From a virus: 64,000 nucleotides of DNA. The stretch covers positions 12,280 through 76,279 of IMG/VR virus record IMGVR_UViG_3300046534_001361; one strand, given 5' to 3'. How positions within the stretch are numbered: the first letter of the stretch is position 1; every line of letters begins with the position of its first letter. The translations under genes and the position numbers were made by a program. Shown here piece by piece: positions 10,027-19,896 of this stretch. The notes beneath the pieces were generated by a model. The model did no database searches. It was not told where the DNA came from and saw only the letters and a list, made by a program, of their open reading frames with translations.

Positions 10027-10427
10027 GTGAATCTGAATCTATATTAAAAGAAATCACTATTGATATATCACGGCTAATATCAGAGTTAAAACCTGATCAA
10101 ATCGCAAGCATTTGCAAAATCGGTACGTTTATTTCAGATGGTGCGTTATTTTCCTCCTCTGGTTTTATTAAAACAAGACAAGAAAATATAGCGCAATTTT
10201 TGAAGTCCTTTAGTGTTTTTAATATAACAATTTACCGCAATATCGAAACTGCATACATACAAATAACAAACACTAAAGGGCTGATGTTTGGCATTGAGTT
10301 AACACTAATCGAGGCAGGGCAGTCAGATGTCATTGCAGAGGCCTGGAGCCATGCAACGAATGCATTTAAAGCAGATGAAATCATTTCTAATAGCATGATA
10401 ATAAAACCAGAGGAGAAGAGGCAATGA
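10023..10427 (+). CDS. Hypothetical protein, tandem paralog 1
   Basis: Aligns with 10424..10786 (LKEI..ISxLIS; IYR..TA.I.IT; MFxIELTL..A.Q..IAExW). Confidence 0.7.
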   Translation: MSESESILKEITIDISRLISELKPDQIASICKIGTFISDGALFSSSGFIKTRQENIAQFLKSFSVFNITIYRNIETAYIQITNTKGLMFGIELTLIEAGQSDVIAEAWSHATNAFKADEIISNSMIIKPEEKRQ

Positions 10428-10786
10428 GCGGCGAATTAAAAGAAATCTCGTATAATATATCAACACTGATATCATCGCTAATTGACGGTGAATCTTTAAC
10501 TGTTTGCAACGGCGATTTCATTTTGCCAAAAAGTTATGTGAGCATTTTTCCGCAGCAATTACTTTATATGCCGGAATTGTTGCAGCATTTAGGTGTTTCT
10601 AGGCTGTCAATATATCGCTACGAAAAAACTGCAAACATAGTAATAACATACACTGGTGATAACATGTTTAGCATTGAGTTAACGCTAGATCAGGCAGAGC
10701 AGCCGGTAATAATTGCAGAGACCTGGAACGATGCGCATTCAAAATTTAACGCACGTAAAGTAGCGGGTCCTAGTGCGATATATTGA
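10424..10786 (+). CDS. Hypothetical protein, tandem paralog 2
   Basis: ATGA overlap; paralog of the previous gene. Confidence 0.7.
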   Translation: MSGELKEISYNISTLISSLIDGESLTVCNGDFILPKSYVSIFPQQLLYMPELLQHLGVSRLSIYRYEKTANIVITYTGDNMFSIELTLDQAEQPVIIAETWNDAHSKFNARKVAGPSAIY

Positions 10787-10837
10787 TAGCAATCTATCTC
10801 GTACAGCATCAATTTTAAACAAAAGAGGTTAAAGGTT

Positions 10838-11104
10838 ATGAGTAAAATTAACATGGCAATAACGTGTGGTATTTCCACATCTGTATTTTTGGCTTTGGTC
10901 ATTTCCGTTGGTCTCATCACTAATTGGGATTGGCAGATAATTAGTAATTTATCCGTTTTGATTCCCATATTATCATTACTGTTTTTTTCACTGTACCTTA
11001 TTATAGCCACGGCAACACTTAAAATAGCTACATTAATATTAAGAACATACCGTCATCGGCAAGTGTCAACCACCAAAAACAAAACAGAGCGAGATCGAAA
11101 ATGA
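10838..11104 (+). CDS. Two-TM membrane protein
   Basis: Two hydrophobic stretches and a basic tail. Confidence 0.55.
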   Translation: MSKINMAITCGISTSVFLALVISVGLITNWDWQIISNLSVLIPILSLLFFSLYLIIATATLKIATLILRTYRHRQVSTTKNKTERDRK

Positions 11105-11682
11105 CAGCAGCAACAATTACAAAGCAAAAATTATTAAACCTTGGCGCACACCAGGGCTTAATCAGCCGGTTTATCGAACAAACAGGCAACACCGATCAGC
11201 CAGTTGATATCCTAAGTTTAATCGGCGCAGAGAACGCCACGGATGATCTTTTATGGTTAGCAGGGCAAACCCTCCCGAAAATCAAGATTGTACAGTTTGC
11301 CGTGGAATGTGCTGAAAGTGTGTTGCATCTCAACAGTGATCCCAGAGCTATTGCTGCGATCCAATCGGCAAAGGACTGGTTAGAGGAACCATCCGAAGAA
11401 AATAGGCTGTTAGCTCGTGAGGCTTTTACTTATGCTAATAATGCTACTTATGATACTGATGCTGCCCGTGCTGCATATTATGCGGCTAATGCTGCTGCGG
11501 CTGATAATGCTTATGCTGCTATTAATACTGCTTATGCTGCTGCGGCTGCTGCGTGTGCTGTAGAGGCTAATGATGCCGCTAATTATGCTAATGCTGCTGC
11601 TATTTATGCTAATGCTTATGCTGATTATGCGGAATCAAATGAAGTGGTTCAAACCTCACTCATGAATCTATTTTCAGAATAA
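11101..11682 (+). CDS. Family A copy 1: Imm5-like helical protein with Ala/Tyr/Asn-rich variable tract
   Basis: Shared core ITKQxLxxLGA...FAVECAESV.HL..DP.A.AAIQ.A.DW...E.NRL.AR, then a low-complexity tract, then SNEVVQxSLxxLFSE. Confidence 0.85.
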   Translation: MTAATITKQKLLNLGAHQGLISRFIEQTGNTDQPVDILSLIGAENATDDLLWLAGQTLPKIKIVQFAVECAESVLHLNSDPRAIAAIQSAKDWLEEPSEENRLLAREAFTYANNATYDTDAARAAYYAANAAAADNAYAAINTAYAAAAAACAVEANDAANYANAAAIYANAYADYAESNEVVQTSLMNLFSE

Positions 11683-11762
11683 ACCGATCAACCACAAGCC
11701 CCTTAATTGGGGCTTTTTGGGTAGTAATGCACTAATCAAAAACACAAAAAGGTAAAGTCATA

Positions 11763-12314
11763 ATGGAACAAATTAACTACAAAAACCGGACAGAGCAAGT
11801 CCGAGATCTCATAGCCAACGCCGACATAAACACCGAAAAATACGCGGTAGATATATTAAACCCGGGCAGAAAGAACGCGAGCTTTGTGGGCTATTACGTC
11901 AGCCCAGACGGCATGAAAACTCTAATGATACGTGTACCTCTAAACACAGATGGTGTAGCTTGCAATATTAAGCGCTGGCTAGGGGTTTTCGGCAAGACCA
12001 AAACACCGTGTGCAGCGCCAAATCCAGAGCAAGCGCCGGCAGATGTTGGCATGGGGAAAATAATAGCCCCGATCAATACTGAATCACTAGTGCCAGCTGA
12101 TAACAAATCACGAGGGGCGTTGAAGCGTGATCAGACGTTAGATAAACAACCAGTTGCTTGGATATTGCTAGAGCAACATTGCAGGGCGGTAGATGATTGT
12201 GAAGACGTGCCGGTGCTTTGCTTCGCTAGCGAGATTAGCGAGACAGAACTTAATAAATACATTGAATCTGGCCGGGCTACGCCGCTTTACACCAAGCATG
12301 GAGCAGCATCATGA
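11763..12314 (+). CDS. Hypothetical protein
   Basis: 183 aa; PVAW...TPLY C-terminal motif seen in phage Ead/Eaa-like proteins. Confidence 0.6.
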   Translation: MEQINYKNRTEQVRDLIANADINTEKYAVDILNPGRKNASFVGYYVSPDGMKTLMIRVPLNTDGVACNIKRWLGVFGKTKTPCAAPNPEQAPADVGMGKIIAPINTESLVPADNKSRGALKRDQTLDKQPVAWILLEQHCRAVDDCEDVPVLCFASEISETELNKYIESGRATPLYTKHGAAS

Positions 12315-12544
12315 GTTTACCAGAAGCGTTAAATACTGATAGTGACAATGCTGCACTGATTGATCAGGTTAAAGGGTTTTTGAGGGACTGGGTGCTAGAT
12401 GATTTTGACGCCGACAAATGCCTTGCCATGATCCGGACTGGCATTGCCAGTGAAGCTTACGGCCGCCAAATAGCACTAATGGCTACGCTCTTGTTTGAGA
12501 TTGGTGTTGTGCGAGATAGTTTTAAAGAGGCGCTAGACCAGTGA
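12311..12544 (+). CDS. Hypothetical protein
   Basis: ATGA-coupled ORF. Confidence 0.55.
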   Translation: MSLPEALNTDSDNAALIDQVKGFLRDWVLDDFDADKCLAMIRTGIASEAYGRQIALMATLLFEIGVVRDSFKEALDQ

Positions 12545-12735
12545 GCAGCAATCAAAAATACCTACATCTTATCGGTGATAGTCACAACGACGACGCCCCG
12601 CTTGGCGTTGATGCCGATGGCTGGGGCAGTATGAGCCAGGAGCAGCGCAAAGAATTAGTCAGTGAAGTTGCCCGTAATATTTACGATGAACACGATTTAA
12701 CACTGTTTAAAGTGATCCAAGACAGTGAAGACTAA
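12541..12735 (+). CDS. Hypothetical protein
   Basis: GTGA-coupled ORF with GAGG RBS. Confidence 0.55.
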   Translation: MSSNQKYLHLIGDSHNDDAPLGVDADGWGSMSQEQRKELVSEVARNIYDEHDLTLFKVIQDSED

Positions 12736-12855
12736 GCGCTTGTTTTTAAATACACTACGCCAATTATCGCAAATTACATTTGATTGGTGTATTTACATTA
12801 ATAAAATGTAGGTCTATAATTGAATCTACTTAAATACATCAACAGGTCTGTTTAT

Positions 12856-13050
12856 ATGACAAGTAAAGGCGGGCCTGGCAGAGGTCAAGGAAACAAACGA
12901 TTACCCGAGGGTAGTCGCAAGATATCTAAAACATTTAGGCTTAAACCTGGTGTAGTGGAGCTTCTTAAGTCTATATCAAAAGAAAATTCACAGTCTCAGG
13001 CTGCAATAATTGAACAGGCTGTAATGGCACAACACGGAGAAATCAAATGA
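12856..13050 (+). CDS. Ribbon-helix-helix DNA-binding protein
   Basis: GGPGRGQGNK leader, KTFRL strand, SQAAIIEQAV helix. Confidence 0.6.
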   Translation: MTSKGGPGRGQGNKRLPEGSRKISKTFRLKPGVVELLKSISKENSQSQAAIIEQAVMAQHGEIK

Positions 13051-13106
13051 CAGGTAAAGAAATAGCGATTTCACTTCATTTCGTAAAATTATAAGGGCAC
13101 TGACAA

Positions 13107-13544
13107 ATGGCGATCTATTTACCAAATACTAAAAACTTCACTGCACAAGAACTGGTTCCACCAGAGGTATTTAAGCTCATTGATGCACACCACATACACC
13201 AACTATTTAAACCGGGTTTATTGCAAACCTTATACAAGGTACGTGAGACATTTGGTTCCACTACAGTAAACACGTGGCATCATTCTGACGATGGTCACAC
13301 AGGGCATAGATACAGAGGCTATCGGCCTTTAGATTGCTTGATTGGTGCAAAATCCAGCCAACACAAATTTGGTGCCGCTGTTGATTGCGTATTTTCAGGA
13401 GTGACAGCGGAAGAATCCCGCCAGTACATTTTAAAGAATCCTGACAAATTCCCAGCAATAACGACGATAGAAGGCCAAGTAAATTGGCTGCATTTTGATA
13501 TTCGTCCGCGCACCACTGATAAAATTTTTGTCTTCAACCCATGA
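13107..13544 (+). CDS. Endolysin, peptidase M15 family
   Basis: RGYRP..C.IGAKSSQHKFGAAVD and WLHFDIR Zn-binding motifs. Confidence 0.85.
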   Translation: MAIYLPNTKNFTAQELVPPEVFKLIDAHHIHQLFKPGLLQTLYKVRETFGSTTVNTWHHSDDGHTGHRYRGYRPLDCLIGAKSSQHKFGAAVDCVFSGVTAEESRQYILKNPDKFPAITTIEGQVNWLHFDIRPRTTDKIFVFNP

Positions 13545-13684
13545 GGTCAATATGCAACACATGAGATCTAAATTATTCTGCGAGGCTGAGCGTATAAAGT
13601 AGGTTATAGATAACCCAAGGCCTAAAAATATGCCTTGGCAAGCGCTGAGTATCGTATCAAAACTTAAAGTAAAAAAGGCAAAAA

Positions 13685-13933
13685 ATGGCAACTTTAAATG
13701 AAGCGCGTAAATTTCTTAATGAGATTTGTCCAGGTGCAACAATCGAAAAGGTTAATCAAGAGGGCGATATATCCGCTTTTATGACGTTGGCAGGTGAATA
13801 TTTATTTTACGGCCAAAATAAAAATCATGAATTTCATAAAGACCCCGGCTGGTCAATGGCTAAATTTTGGAGCGAATTGATAGAAGAGATTGATAACAGT
13901 ACCATTGAAAAGTCACCTGACACTTTGCAATAG
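13685..13933 (+). CDS. Hypothetical protein
   Basis: 82-aa ORF in operon. Confidence 0.5.
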   Translation: MATLNEARKFLNEICPGATIEKVNQEGDISAFMTLAGEYLFYGQNKNHEFHKDPGWSMAKFWSELIEEIDNSTIEKSPDTLQ

Positions 13934-13989
13934 TGAATGGCATTACTGCATCGACAAGTAGCCAAAACAAAACAGAAAGAGGATTCATA

Positions 13990-14463
13990 ATGAAAATTAC
14001 GCAACAACAATTAGTAGATCTCGGTGCGTGTAAGCCGGGTTTTGATCGGTTTATCGAACAAACAGGCAATACGGATCAGCCAGTTAAAATATTGAACTTG
14101 ATCGGTGGGAAAAATACCACGGATGATCTTTTATGGTTCGCTGGTGAAACATTACCAAAAATGAAGATTGTAATATTTGCCGTTGAATGCGCTGAAAGTG
14201 TGTTGCATCTACACACCGATCCACGTGTTCTTGCTGCTATCCAAGCGGCCAGGGATTGGATAAAGGAACCGTCCGAGGTGCATAGATTAAACGCCCGTGA
14301 TGCCGCTGATAATGCCGGTGATAATGCTCCTTCTGCTGCTGCTTATGCTGCTGCTTATACTTCTTCAAATGTTGTTATCTATGCTAGTAATGCTGCTCGT
14401 CATGCTAACGCTGCACCTAATGAAGCGGTTAAAACCTCACTGATTCAGCTGTTTTCAGAGTAA
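13990..14463 (+). CDS. Family A copy 2 (shortest variable tract)
   Basis: ATG 13990 after GAGGA; same core as the other copies. Confidence 0.85.
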   Translation: MKITQQQLVDLGACKPGFDRFIEQTGNTDQPVKILNLIGGKNTTDDLLWFAGETLPKMKIVIFAVECAESVLHLHTDPRVLAAIQAARDWIKEPSEVHRLNARDAADNAGDNAPSAAAYAAAYTSSNVVIYASNAARHANAAPNEAVKTSLIQLFSE

Positions 14464-14608
14464 AACCGATCAACCACAAGCCCGGCTATCTAATGCCGGG
14501 CAAACTAAATTAAACCAATTTTATTTAAAAGTTGCAGTCTGTCATCAGTGTGTTAATATCAATTCATCGGCAAGACGCCGCAAGCCACTACCAAAAGCGA
14601 GAAATAAA
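14461..14608 (+). repeat. Cassette element, full copy: stem-loop + promoter + leader
   Basis: AACCACAAG-CCCGGC-TATCTAAT-GCCGGG, AT-rich UP-like tract, TTGCAG-N16-TAATAT with TGTGT before the -10, CATCGGCAAGACGCC leader, AGCGAG RBS. Confidence 0.9.
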
Positions 14609-15271
14609 ATGACAGCACCAACAATTACAAAGCAAGAACTAATAAAATTAGGCGCAGACCAGGACCTAATTAGCCGGTTCATCGAACAAACCAATAACAC
14701 CGATCAGCCAGTTGATATCCTAAGTTTAATCGGCGCAGAGAACGCCACGGATGATCTTTTATGGTTAGCCGGTAAAATTCTCCCAAAAATCAAAATTGTA
14801 CAGTTTACCGTTGAGTGCGCAGAAAGTTTGTCGCATCTACACACCGATCCCAGTGCTATTGCTGCGATCCAAGCGGCCAGGGATTGGATATCGGAACATC
14901 CCGAGGGGAATAGATTAAAAGCTCGTGATGCTGCTTATGCTGCGGCTAATGCTGCTGCTTCTGCTGCTGCTTCTGCTGCGGCTTATACTGCGGCTAATGC
15001 TGCGGCTAATGCTGCTGCTTATACTGCTGCTTCTGCTGCGGCTTATACTGCGGCTAATGCTGCGGCTAATGCTGCTGCTTATACTGCGGCTTATGCTGCT
15101 GCTTCTGCTGCTGCGGCTAATGCTGCTAATACTGCTATCTATGCCGCTTATGCTGCTTCAAATGCTGCTGTTAATGCTGCTTACGCTGCTTATGCTGCTA
15201 GTGCTGCTGCTGATTATGCTGCATCAAATGAAGTGGTTCGGGCCTCGCTGATCAAGATGTTTTCAGAATAA
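14609..15271 (+). CDS. Family A copy 3 (longest variable tract)
   Basis: Same core; near-perfect 60-bp tandem repeat at 14941-15090. Confidence 0.85.
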   Translation: MTAPTITKQELIKLGADQDLISRFIEQTNNTDQPVDILSLIGAENATDDLLWLAGKILPKIKIVQFTVECAESLSHLHTDPSAIAAIQAARDWISEHPEGNRLKARDAAYAAANAAASAAASAAAYTAANAAANAAAYTAASAAAYTAANAAANAAAYTAAYAAASAAAANAANTAIYAAYAASNAAVNAAYAAYAASAAADYAASNEVVRASLIKMFSE

Positions 15272-15514
15272 ACGGAGTAACCACGATCCCTTGATAATCT
15301 TTAATTTACGTTGAGCAGATTGAGTTTGAAATTAATTTCAAACTCAATTATACTTAAAGTATTGACACAGACCGGAACCTTTTAGGGGTGTTGATGTCGG
15401 AGGAAACTTTCCCAGCCTGTGTGCGGGATATTGAAAGGCAACGCCGGATTTGATTTTATTCTATAAAAAAGCGCATTAACAATGCTCTTTTTTGTTGCAA
15501 GATACAGTATCCGT

Positions 15515-15880
15515 TTATTTACTGCCCCATCTATGCGGCCTATGCCTATCCTGATGATTCAATCTTTTAAATCCATCAATTAGCATTTCATTTGCGCAGT
15601 TAATTACATCAGGTTCTAATTTCTTGTTATTTTTCCGATTGACTTTGTAATGAACACCACGAATGTCATACCAATACTGACCAATTTTAGAGTAAACGTG
15701 ACCCTCAATACAGTCATGCCAGATCTCATGATTGGCTTGCCCTACAATGTTTCTTAATATTAGACTAAACCGGTAGCACTCACCTTCAGTATAGAGCCTG
15801 ACGGCATCAGGATTACTATCTCGTATAGCGCCTATAATGGCAACAAGATGTTTTTTTGTTGGTTTATTGAACGCCATCAT
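15515..15880 (-). CDS. Hypothetical protein
   Basis: LYTEGECYRF..HVYSKIGQYWYDIRG, a common phage small-protein pattern. Confidence 0.65.
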   Translation of the reverse strand: MMAFNKPTKKHLVAIIGAIRDSNPDAVRLYTEGECYRFSLILRNIVGQANHEIWHDCIEGHVYSKIGQYWYDIRGVHYKVNRKNNKKLEPDVINCANEMLIDGFKRLNHQDRHRPHRWGSK

Positions 15881-16126
15881 AAAGCCTCTTTGCTTTTGAA
15901 TGAATTGAGTTTGACTTTTTATTTATCTGATCGTAAAAATAGCGTGGCCGAATATCTCACCCTAAATAGTTTTAAATATTAAGCCAGTAAATACAATCGT
16001 GTATTACTGGCCCTTCGCAAAGTTTTAACCCTGTGTTTATATACCCCTGACCTTATCACATTATATTGTTTAGCTTTGATTGATTCAAAGTGATACCAAC
16101 CAATATAATAGACTTTAATTCCAAGC

Positions 16127-17737
16127 CTACTTAAATTTAGGTCCAAAAACTGCTTTTTTACGGCCTAAAATAGTAACAGCTGCATATCTGAATGCGTCTG
16201 CCCCGTGTGATGACCAATCATGTAACGGTTGATCACGCCAGCATTCGCCTTTATCATTCCATGCTTTTCGGTATGCCTCCAGTGCTTTAATTCCAAGCTC
16301 GCAGGTCTTTTCGTCAAAAACCGATTTATCTAAAAGTTTCCTGGCGTGATTTATACCCTGATCAACACCCAGCTTTGGCACTGTCTGAAATATTATTTTA
16401 TACAATTGCCCGTCATCATCTAAATCAAACCCTATTGCGGCCACTTGTTTAGTTGTTTTTGCTCCAGTAGCTGAAAATTGCCTATTGTCGATATCATGGG
16501 GGCCGTAGTGAGTGCCATACGTGTACTTCTTGGCAATCCCTCTATTCCTGATGTATTTAGCGTAATGATCCAAACCTTCACCGCTGTTTTCATAGTAATC
16601 AACAAAATGAATTTGATTGTTAATTTCTTGCCAAAACCAAATTGCAGTTGAATCACCTACGCCCAGATCCCATGCTGTATTAACCCTAGCGTCATTGCCA
16701 AATCCTGAGCAAATACGTTTTTCTTTGTGTATTTCGGTAAATTGAGTTTTATAGTAAGCGCCTTGAATGGTTTTTTCAAACGCTTCTTCAGGTGTTGTTG
16801 GGTATTCCTGCCGCATCTCATCCCGTAGAGTGTTCCATTTACCAGAATACCAAGCTCTTCGATCGTCATTAATAACTATACCAAGCGTAGCTTCTAGATT
16901 ATCAAAGTAAGGGATCAGCGTTTGCGCTATGTCGCCGCCCGGTAAAATATATTCTTCCCTCTGGAACCAGCTGTAAAAATGCCCCTTCCAATCGAGATTT
17001 GATAACACTTTTTGAAGCCTCACATTTTTTAGGCCGTCCTGACAGATTTCATAATAATAACCCTCCCGCCCATCTGCTGTAGACTCCAGGGTTATACTTC
17101 CGTTGACTGGTACAGCCTCAAACGCACCGCTGATTATCTCTTTTGCAACGTCTGGGCTATTCCTGCATATTTTTCCAAATTCAGACACGTGTAAATCATC
17201 CAGTGTATCACCCCGGTACCCTGTGCTGACCTCTACACTGGATCCGTTAGAAAATACATATGAGTTACTAGTGTCTGATTTTGCTAATGGCAGCTCATAC
17301 CCCATTTCTGAGATGATCTCTCGCTGCACCTGGGTTATTGACTCAAACGCGAATTTTATTTTATTGCGGAATATTTTTTTGGCGTCATCCATTTTATGAC
17401 ATATAACACCGGAGGCAAAATTAGCAACAAACAAACAACTGTCCAAGTTTTGAATCATTTTAAACGTAGTAAAACCTAATTGCCTGACCTTTAAAATAAC
17501 ATCCCTTGTGTGGCTGTTTAGATAGTAGTGTTCCTGTTCTTTGTTTGCTTTAAATGTGATCACTTTGCTTGCGCAATCCTCGTCCTCGTCCGGGCTTGCC
17601 TTTGTCTTTATCTTGTAGAGCGTGTTAATCCTAAACCAGGTGTAGGTCATGGCCTCAGCCATTTGGTCTATATTAAGATCGCTTACATTGTTTAAATACC
17701 AACACGCTTGATTGTGGTTCTCAGTGCTTACTGCCAC
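16127..17737 (-). CDS. terL: Terminase large subunit
   Basis: ILKVRQLGFTT Walker A, LHVSEFG Walker B, ESTADG, AWDLGVGDSTAIW and HDWSSHGADAFRY nuclease motifs. Confidence 0.95.
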   Translation of the reverse strand: MAVSTENHNQACWYLNNVSDLNIDQMAEAMTYTWFRINTLYKIKTKASPDEDEDCASKVITFKANKEQEHYYLNSHTRDVILKVRQLGFTTFKMIQNLDSCLFVANFASGVICHKMDDAKKIFRNKIKFAFESITQVQREIISEMGYELPLAKSDTSNSYVFSNGSSVEVSTGYRGDTLDDLHVSEFGKICRNSPDVAKEIISGAFEAVPVNGSITLESTADGREGYYYEICQDGLKNVRLQKVLSNLDWKGHFYSWFQREEYILPGGDIAQTLIPYFDNLEATLGIVINDDRRAWYSGKWNTLRDEMRQEYPTTPEEAFEKTIQGAYYKTQFTEIHKEKRICSGFGNDARVNTAWDLGVGDSTAIWFWQEINNQIHFVDYYENSGEGLDHYAKYIRNRGIAKKYTYGTHYGPHDIDNRQFSATGAKTTKQVAAIGFDLDDDGQLYKIIFQTVPKLGVDQGINHARKLLDKSVFDEKTCELGIKALEAYRKAWNDKGECWRDQPLHDWSSHGADAFRYAAVTILGRKKAVFGPKFK

Positions 17738-18317
17738 CTTTTAGCCTCTGCTCTAAAGTTAACTCGCCAGTATGCGCTACCTCTGACTGTGTCGGTTTGT
17801 CATATCCCATCAATTTAGCAAGCTGAGCTTTTGCGACTTTTGAATCATGTATTTTTATTTTGAACCCTTCCTTGCCCGCCGTTAGCTCAGTGATCAGTGA
17901 TAAATCCGACTCGGATAGCGCGTTAGAACTTTTAAACTGCCATACAGATTGAGTTGTCGGATTACCCTCTTCATCACTAACAATCGTATCGCCAAAAGTT
18001 ATAAGTTTTGATAGGGACCCACGCGCCTGATTAGTCAAGGACCTTGCCATTTCATCGCGGGACATTATAGCGTCATCTACACGTCCGTAATGCTCTGACG
18101 CCATTGACCCAATGAATGCAACAACATTAAGATTTGATAAGATTTGACTTACGCTGGTTCTTAGTGTCCTGTCTGCCTTTGCTTTGCCTGATGAGTTTTT
18201 ATAGGCGTCAACATCGCTCATCCCCTTGATCGAGTTTAATGATATTTCCCTTTGTAACGGAGTTAATTTATCAAACAGATCTTTTTGCTCCTGCGTCATT
18301 TTGAATTGCTTTACCAT
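17721..18317 (-). CDS. terS: Terminase small subunit
   Basis: Overlaps terL; HTH-like N-terminus and KIKIHDSKVAKAQLAKLMG motif. Confidence 0.85.
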   Translation of the reverse strand: MVKQFKMTQEQKDLFDKLTPLQREISLNSIKGMSDVDAYKNSSGKAKADRTLRTSVSQILSNLNVVAFIGSMASEHYGRVDDAIMSRDEMARSLTNQARGSLSKLITFGDTIVSDEEGNPTTQSVWQFKSSNALSESDLSLITELTAGKEGFKIKIHDSKVAKAQLAKLMGYDKPTQSEVAHTGELTLEQRLKGGSKH

Positions 18318-18413
18318 AATGGCCTCGCGCGTTACTTTTTTAATTGTGATAGTTTATTATACACAAATCGCAACAGGAAACAAATAACCACATTATAGGC
18401 GGAGTTACTTACA

Positions 18414-18692
18414 TTAGGGCACATTGCCATCAGGGTTTTTATACGTCATCGTTAATCCTAACTGACACATTTTAAATTTAAATTCAGAACCCGATCCAAT
18501 GGGGCAATTAATTGAGTAATATTTTTTTTGCTTCGGGTAATTGTCAACCTCAACGCTCCATGTGTTTTTCATATAGCAAATTATTTTCGCGACCGTTTTC
18601 CTGTGATGATTGTACAACTCACAATGATAGCGCGCATATGGGTTTTTAATCAGTCGGATATTGTCGAAAATTTCATGCGGTAATAATTTCAC
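18414..18692 (-). CDS. Hypothetical protein
   Basis: 92 aa, GGAAGG RBS. Confidence 0.5.
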   Translation of the reverse strand: MKLLPHEIFDNIRLIKNPYARYHCELYNHHRKTVAKIICYMKNTWSVEVDNYPKQKKYYSINCPIGSGSEFKFKMCQLGLTMTYKNPDGNVP

Positions 18693-18854
18693 TTTCCTTC
18701 CTTATTCTTAACATACAATCCTAAAATTTTATAACCCACTTTTAGACTAATTAAATACCATAAAACCATTGCCATAATCCCTGTGCGATCAAACATAAAT
18801 ACTGCTTTTTTATGATTTAACCCTTAATATTTTTGTTATGGCGCAATGCACCGG

Positions 18855-19025
18855 CTATTCCAGGTCCCACACATCAGAGTGAATAAAATCTAAATCTTTG
18901 GATTCTTCAAGGTCCGCAAGTTTTTTGCGGACCTTTGTTGCTTTTTCAGTATCGTTGGCGTTTCGATACCATAACGGTTTTCGGCTGACTAGAGCACCGA
19001 CTTTCTTTTGCTCAGACATACTCAT
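18855..19025 (-). CDS. Small protein ending FIHSDVWDLE
   Basis: GAGGATTAAAATC-ATG start; 3' end shared with 19897..20079. Confidence 0.6.
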   Translation of the reverse strand: MSMSEQKKVGALVSRKPLWYRNANDTEKATKVRKKLADLEESKDLDFIHSDVWDLE

Positions 19026-19036
19026 GATTTTAATCC

Positions 19037-19498
19037 TCATAGTTTATAGAAATACTCAGATGCTCCGGGTCGATATAACCCGCTGACAGATTGACAAACA
19101 CTAAATCCTTTTGATTGCAATAATGGCGCTAACTCGGCATTTCGTTCATTTGATACAGTAATCTGAATATTATCACTGTCTAATGTTGATATTGCCAACC
19201 CCATTAAATCATTACCCACGCCCCCACCTCTATATTTCGGCGAAACATAGAATGTACAAATCTTATTTTCTGATATGCTTTTTTTCAGCAGCGCGACACC
19301 TACAATTTCATACCCGTTGTGAGCTAAAACGACCAGCCTCTGACCTGTACCAAGACTGTTACAAAAAGTAAAATTAAACCATGATTTAAAATTAGGATAA
19401 AGAGGTTCAACGTTAGCTAAAAAACTATATAATGCTGAACGGTCAATTGAGTTCAGTACCTCAAAAGTGAACACTTTCTTTCGCCGAAATATACTCAT
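19037..19498 (-). CDS. GNAT acetyltransferase
   Basis: KICTFYVSPKYRGGGVGNDLM acetyl-CoA motif A; ATG at 19498 follows the conserved leader. Confidence 0.85.
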   Translation of the reverse strand: MSIFRRKKVFTFEVLNSIDRSALYSFLANVEPLYPNFKSWFNFTFCNSLGTGQRLVVLAHNGYEIVGVALLKKSISENKICTFYVSPKYRGGGVGNDLMGLAISTLDSDNIQITVSNERNAELAPLLQSKGFSVCQSVSGLYRPGASEYFYKL

Positions 19499-19599
19499 GA
19501 TTCTAATTCTCAATTTTTGGTGGTTTTGTTTTACCAGCACCCGTAGGGACGATTAACACTATCTTACCCGCGCAATTGAAAAAAGTGATTAATGGTGCT

Positions 19600-19857
19600 T
19601 TATTCATTGACTGGGTGTTCTAAACGTGTACCTTGATGATGGAACCTGCTATCGTCTATATTTAGCTCGATACCGTGCGCCTCAAAAACCTCACTATAAA
19701 GCGAACTCAACGCCCCCACTGTGAAGTTTTTGTTTGTAGGCCAAACCAACGGGAGCATACAACCTACGCAATGGTTTGCTATGGCTCGGTCAGCGTCGGC
19801 AACGTCATAAAGTGTACACTCTCTATCCAGTACAACGGTCATAGTTACTGTTCTCAT
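19600..19857 (-). CDS. Hypothetical protein
   Basis: GAGGATTAAACG-ATG start. Confidence 0.55.
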   Translation of the reverse strand: MRTVTMTVVLDRECTLYDVADADRAIANHCVGCMLPLVWPTNKNFTVGALSSLYSEVFEAHGIELNIDDSRFHHQGTRLEHPVNE

Positions 19858-19896
19858 CGTTTAATCCTCAATTTTTGTTATGGTGCAATGCACCGA

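Noticed and set aside
14925-15251. Leu/Met-rich ORF (also 33871..34122 and Ser-rich 42938..43156)
   Set aside because: Shadow frames of the stop-free GCT-rich tracts of family A genes.
15319-15348. Protelomerase telRL site of a linear phage-plasmid
   Set aside because: No protelomerase or parA/sopA gene in the window, and the ParB-like gene is of the IbrB type; kept only as an unexplained palindrome.
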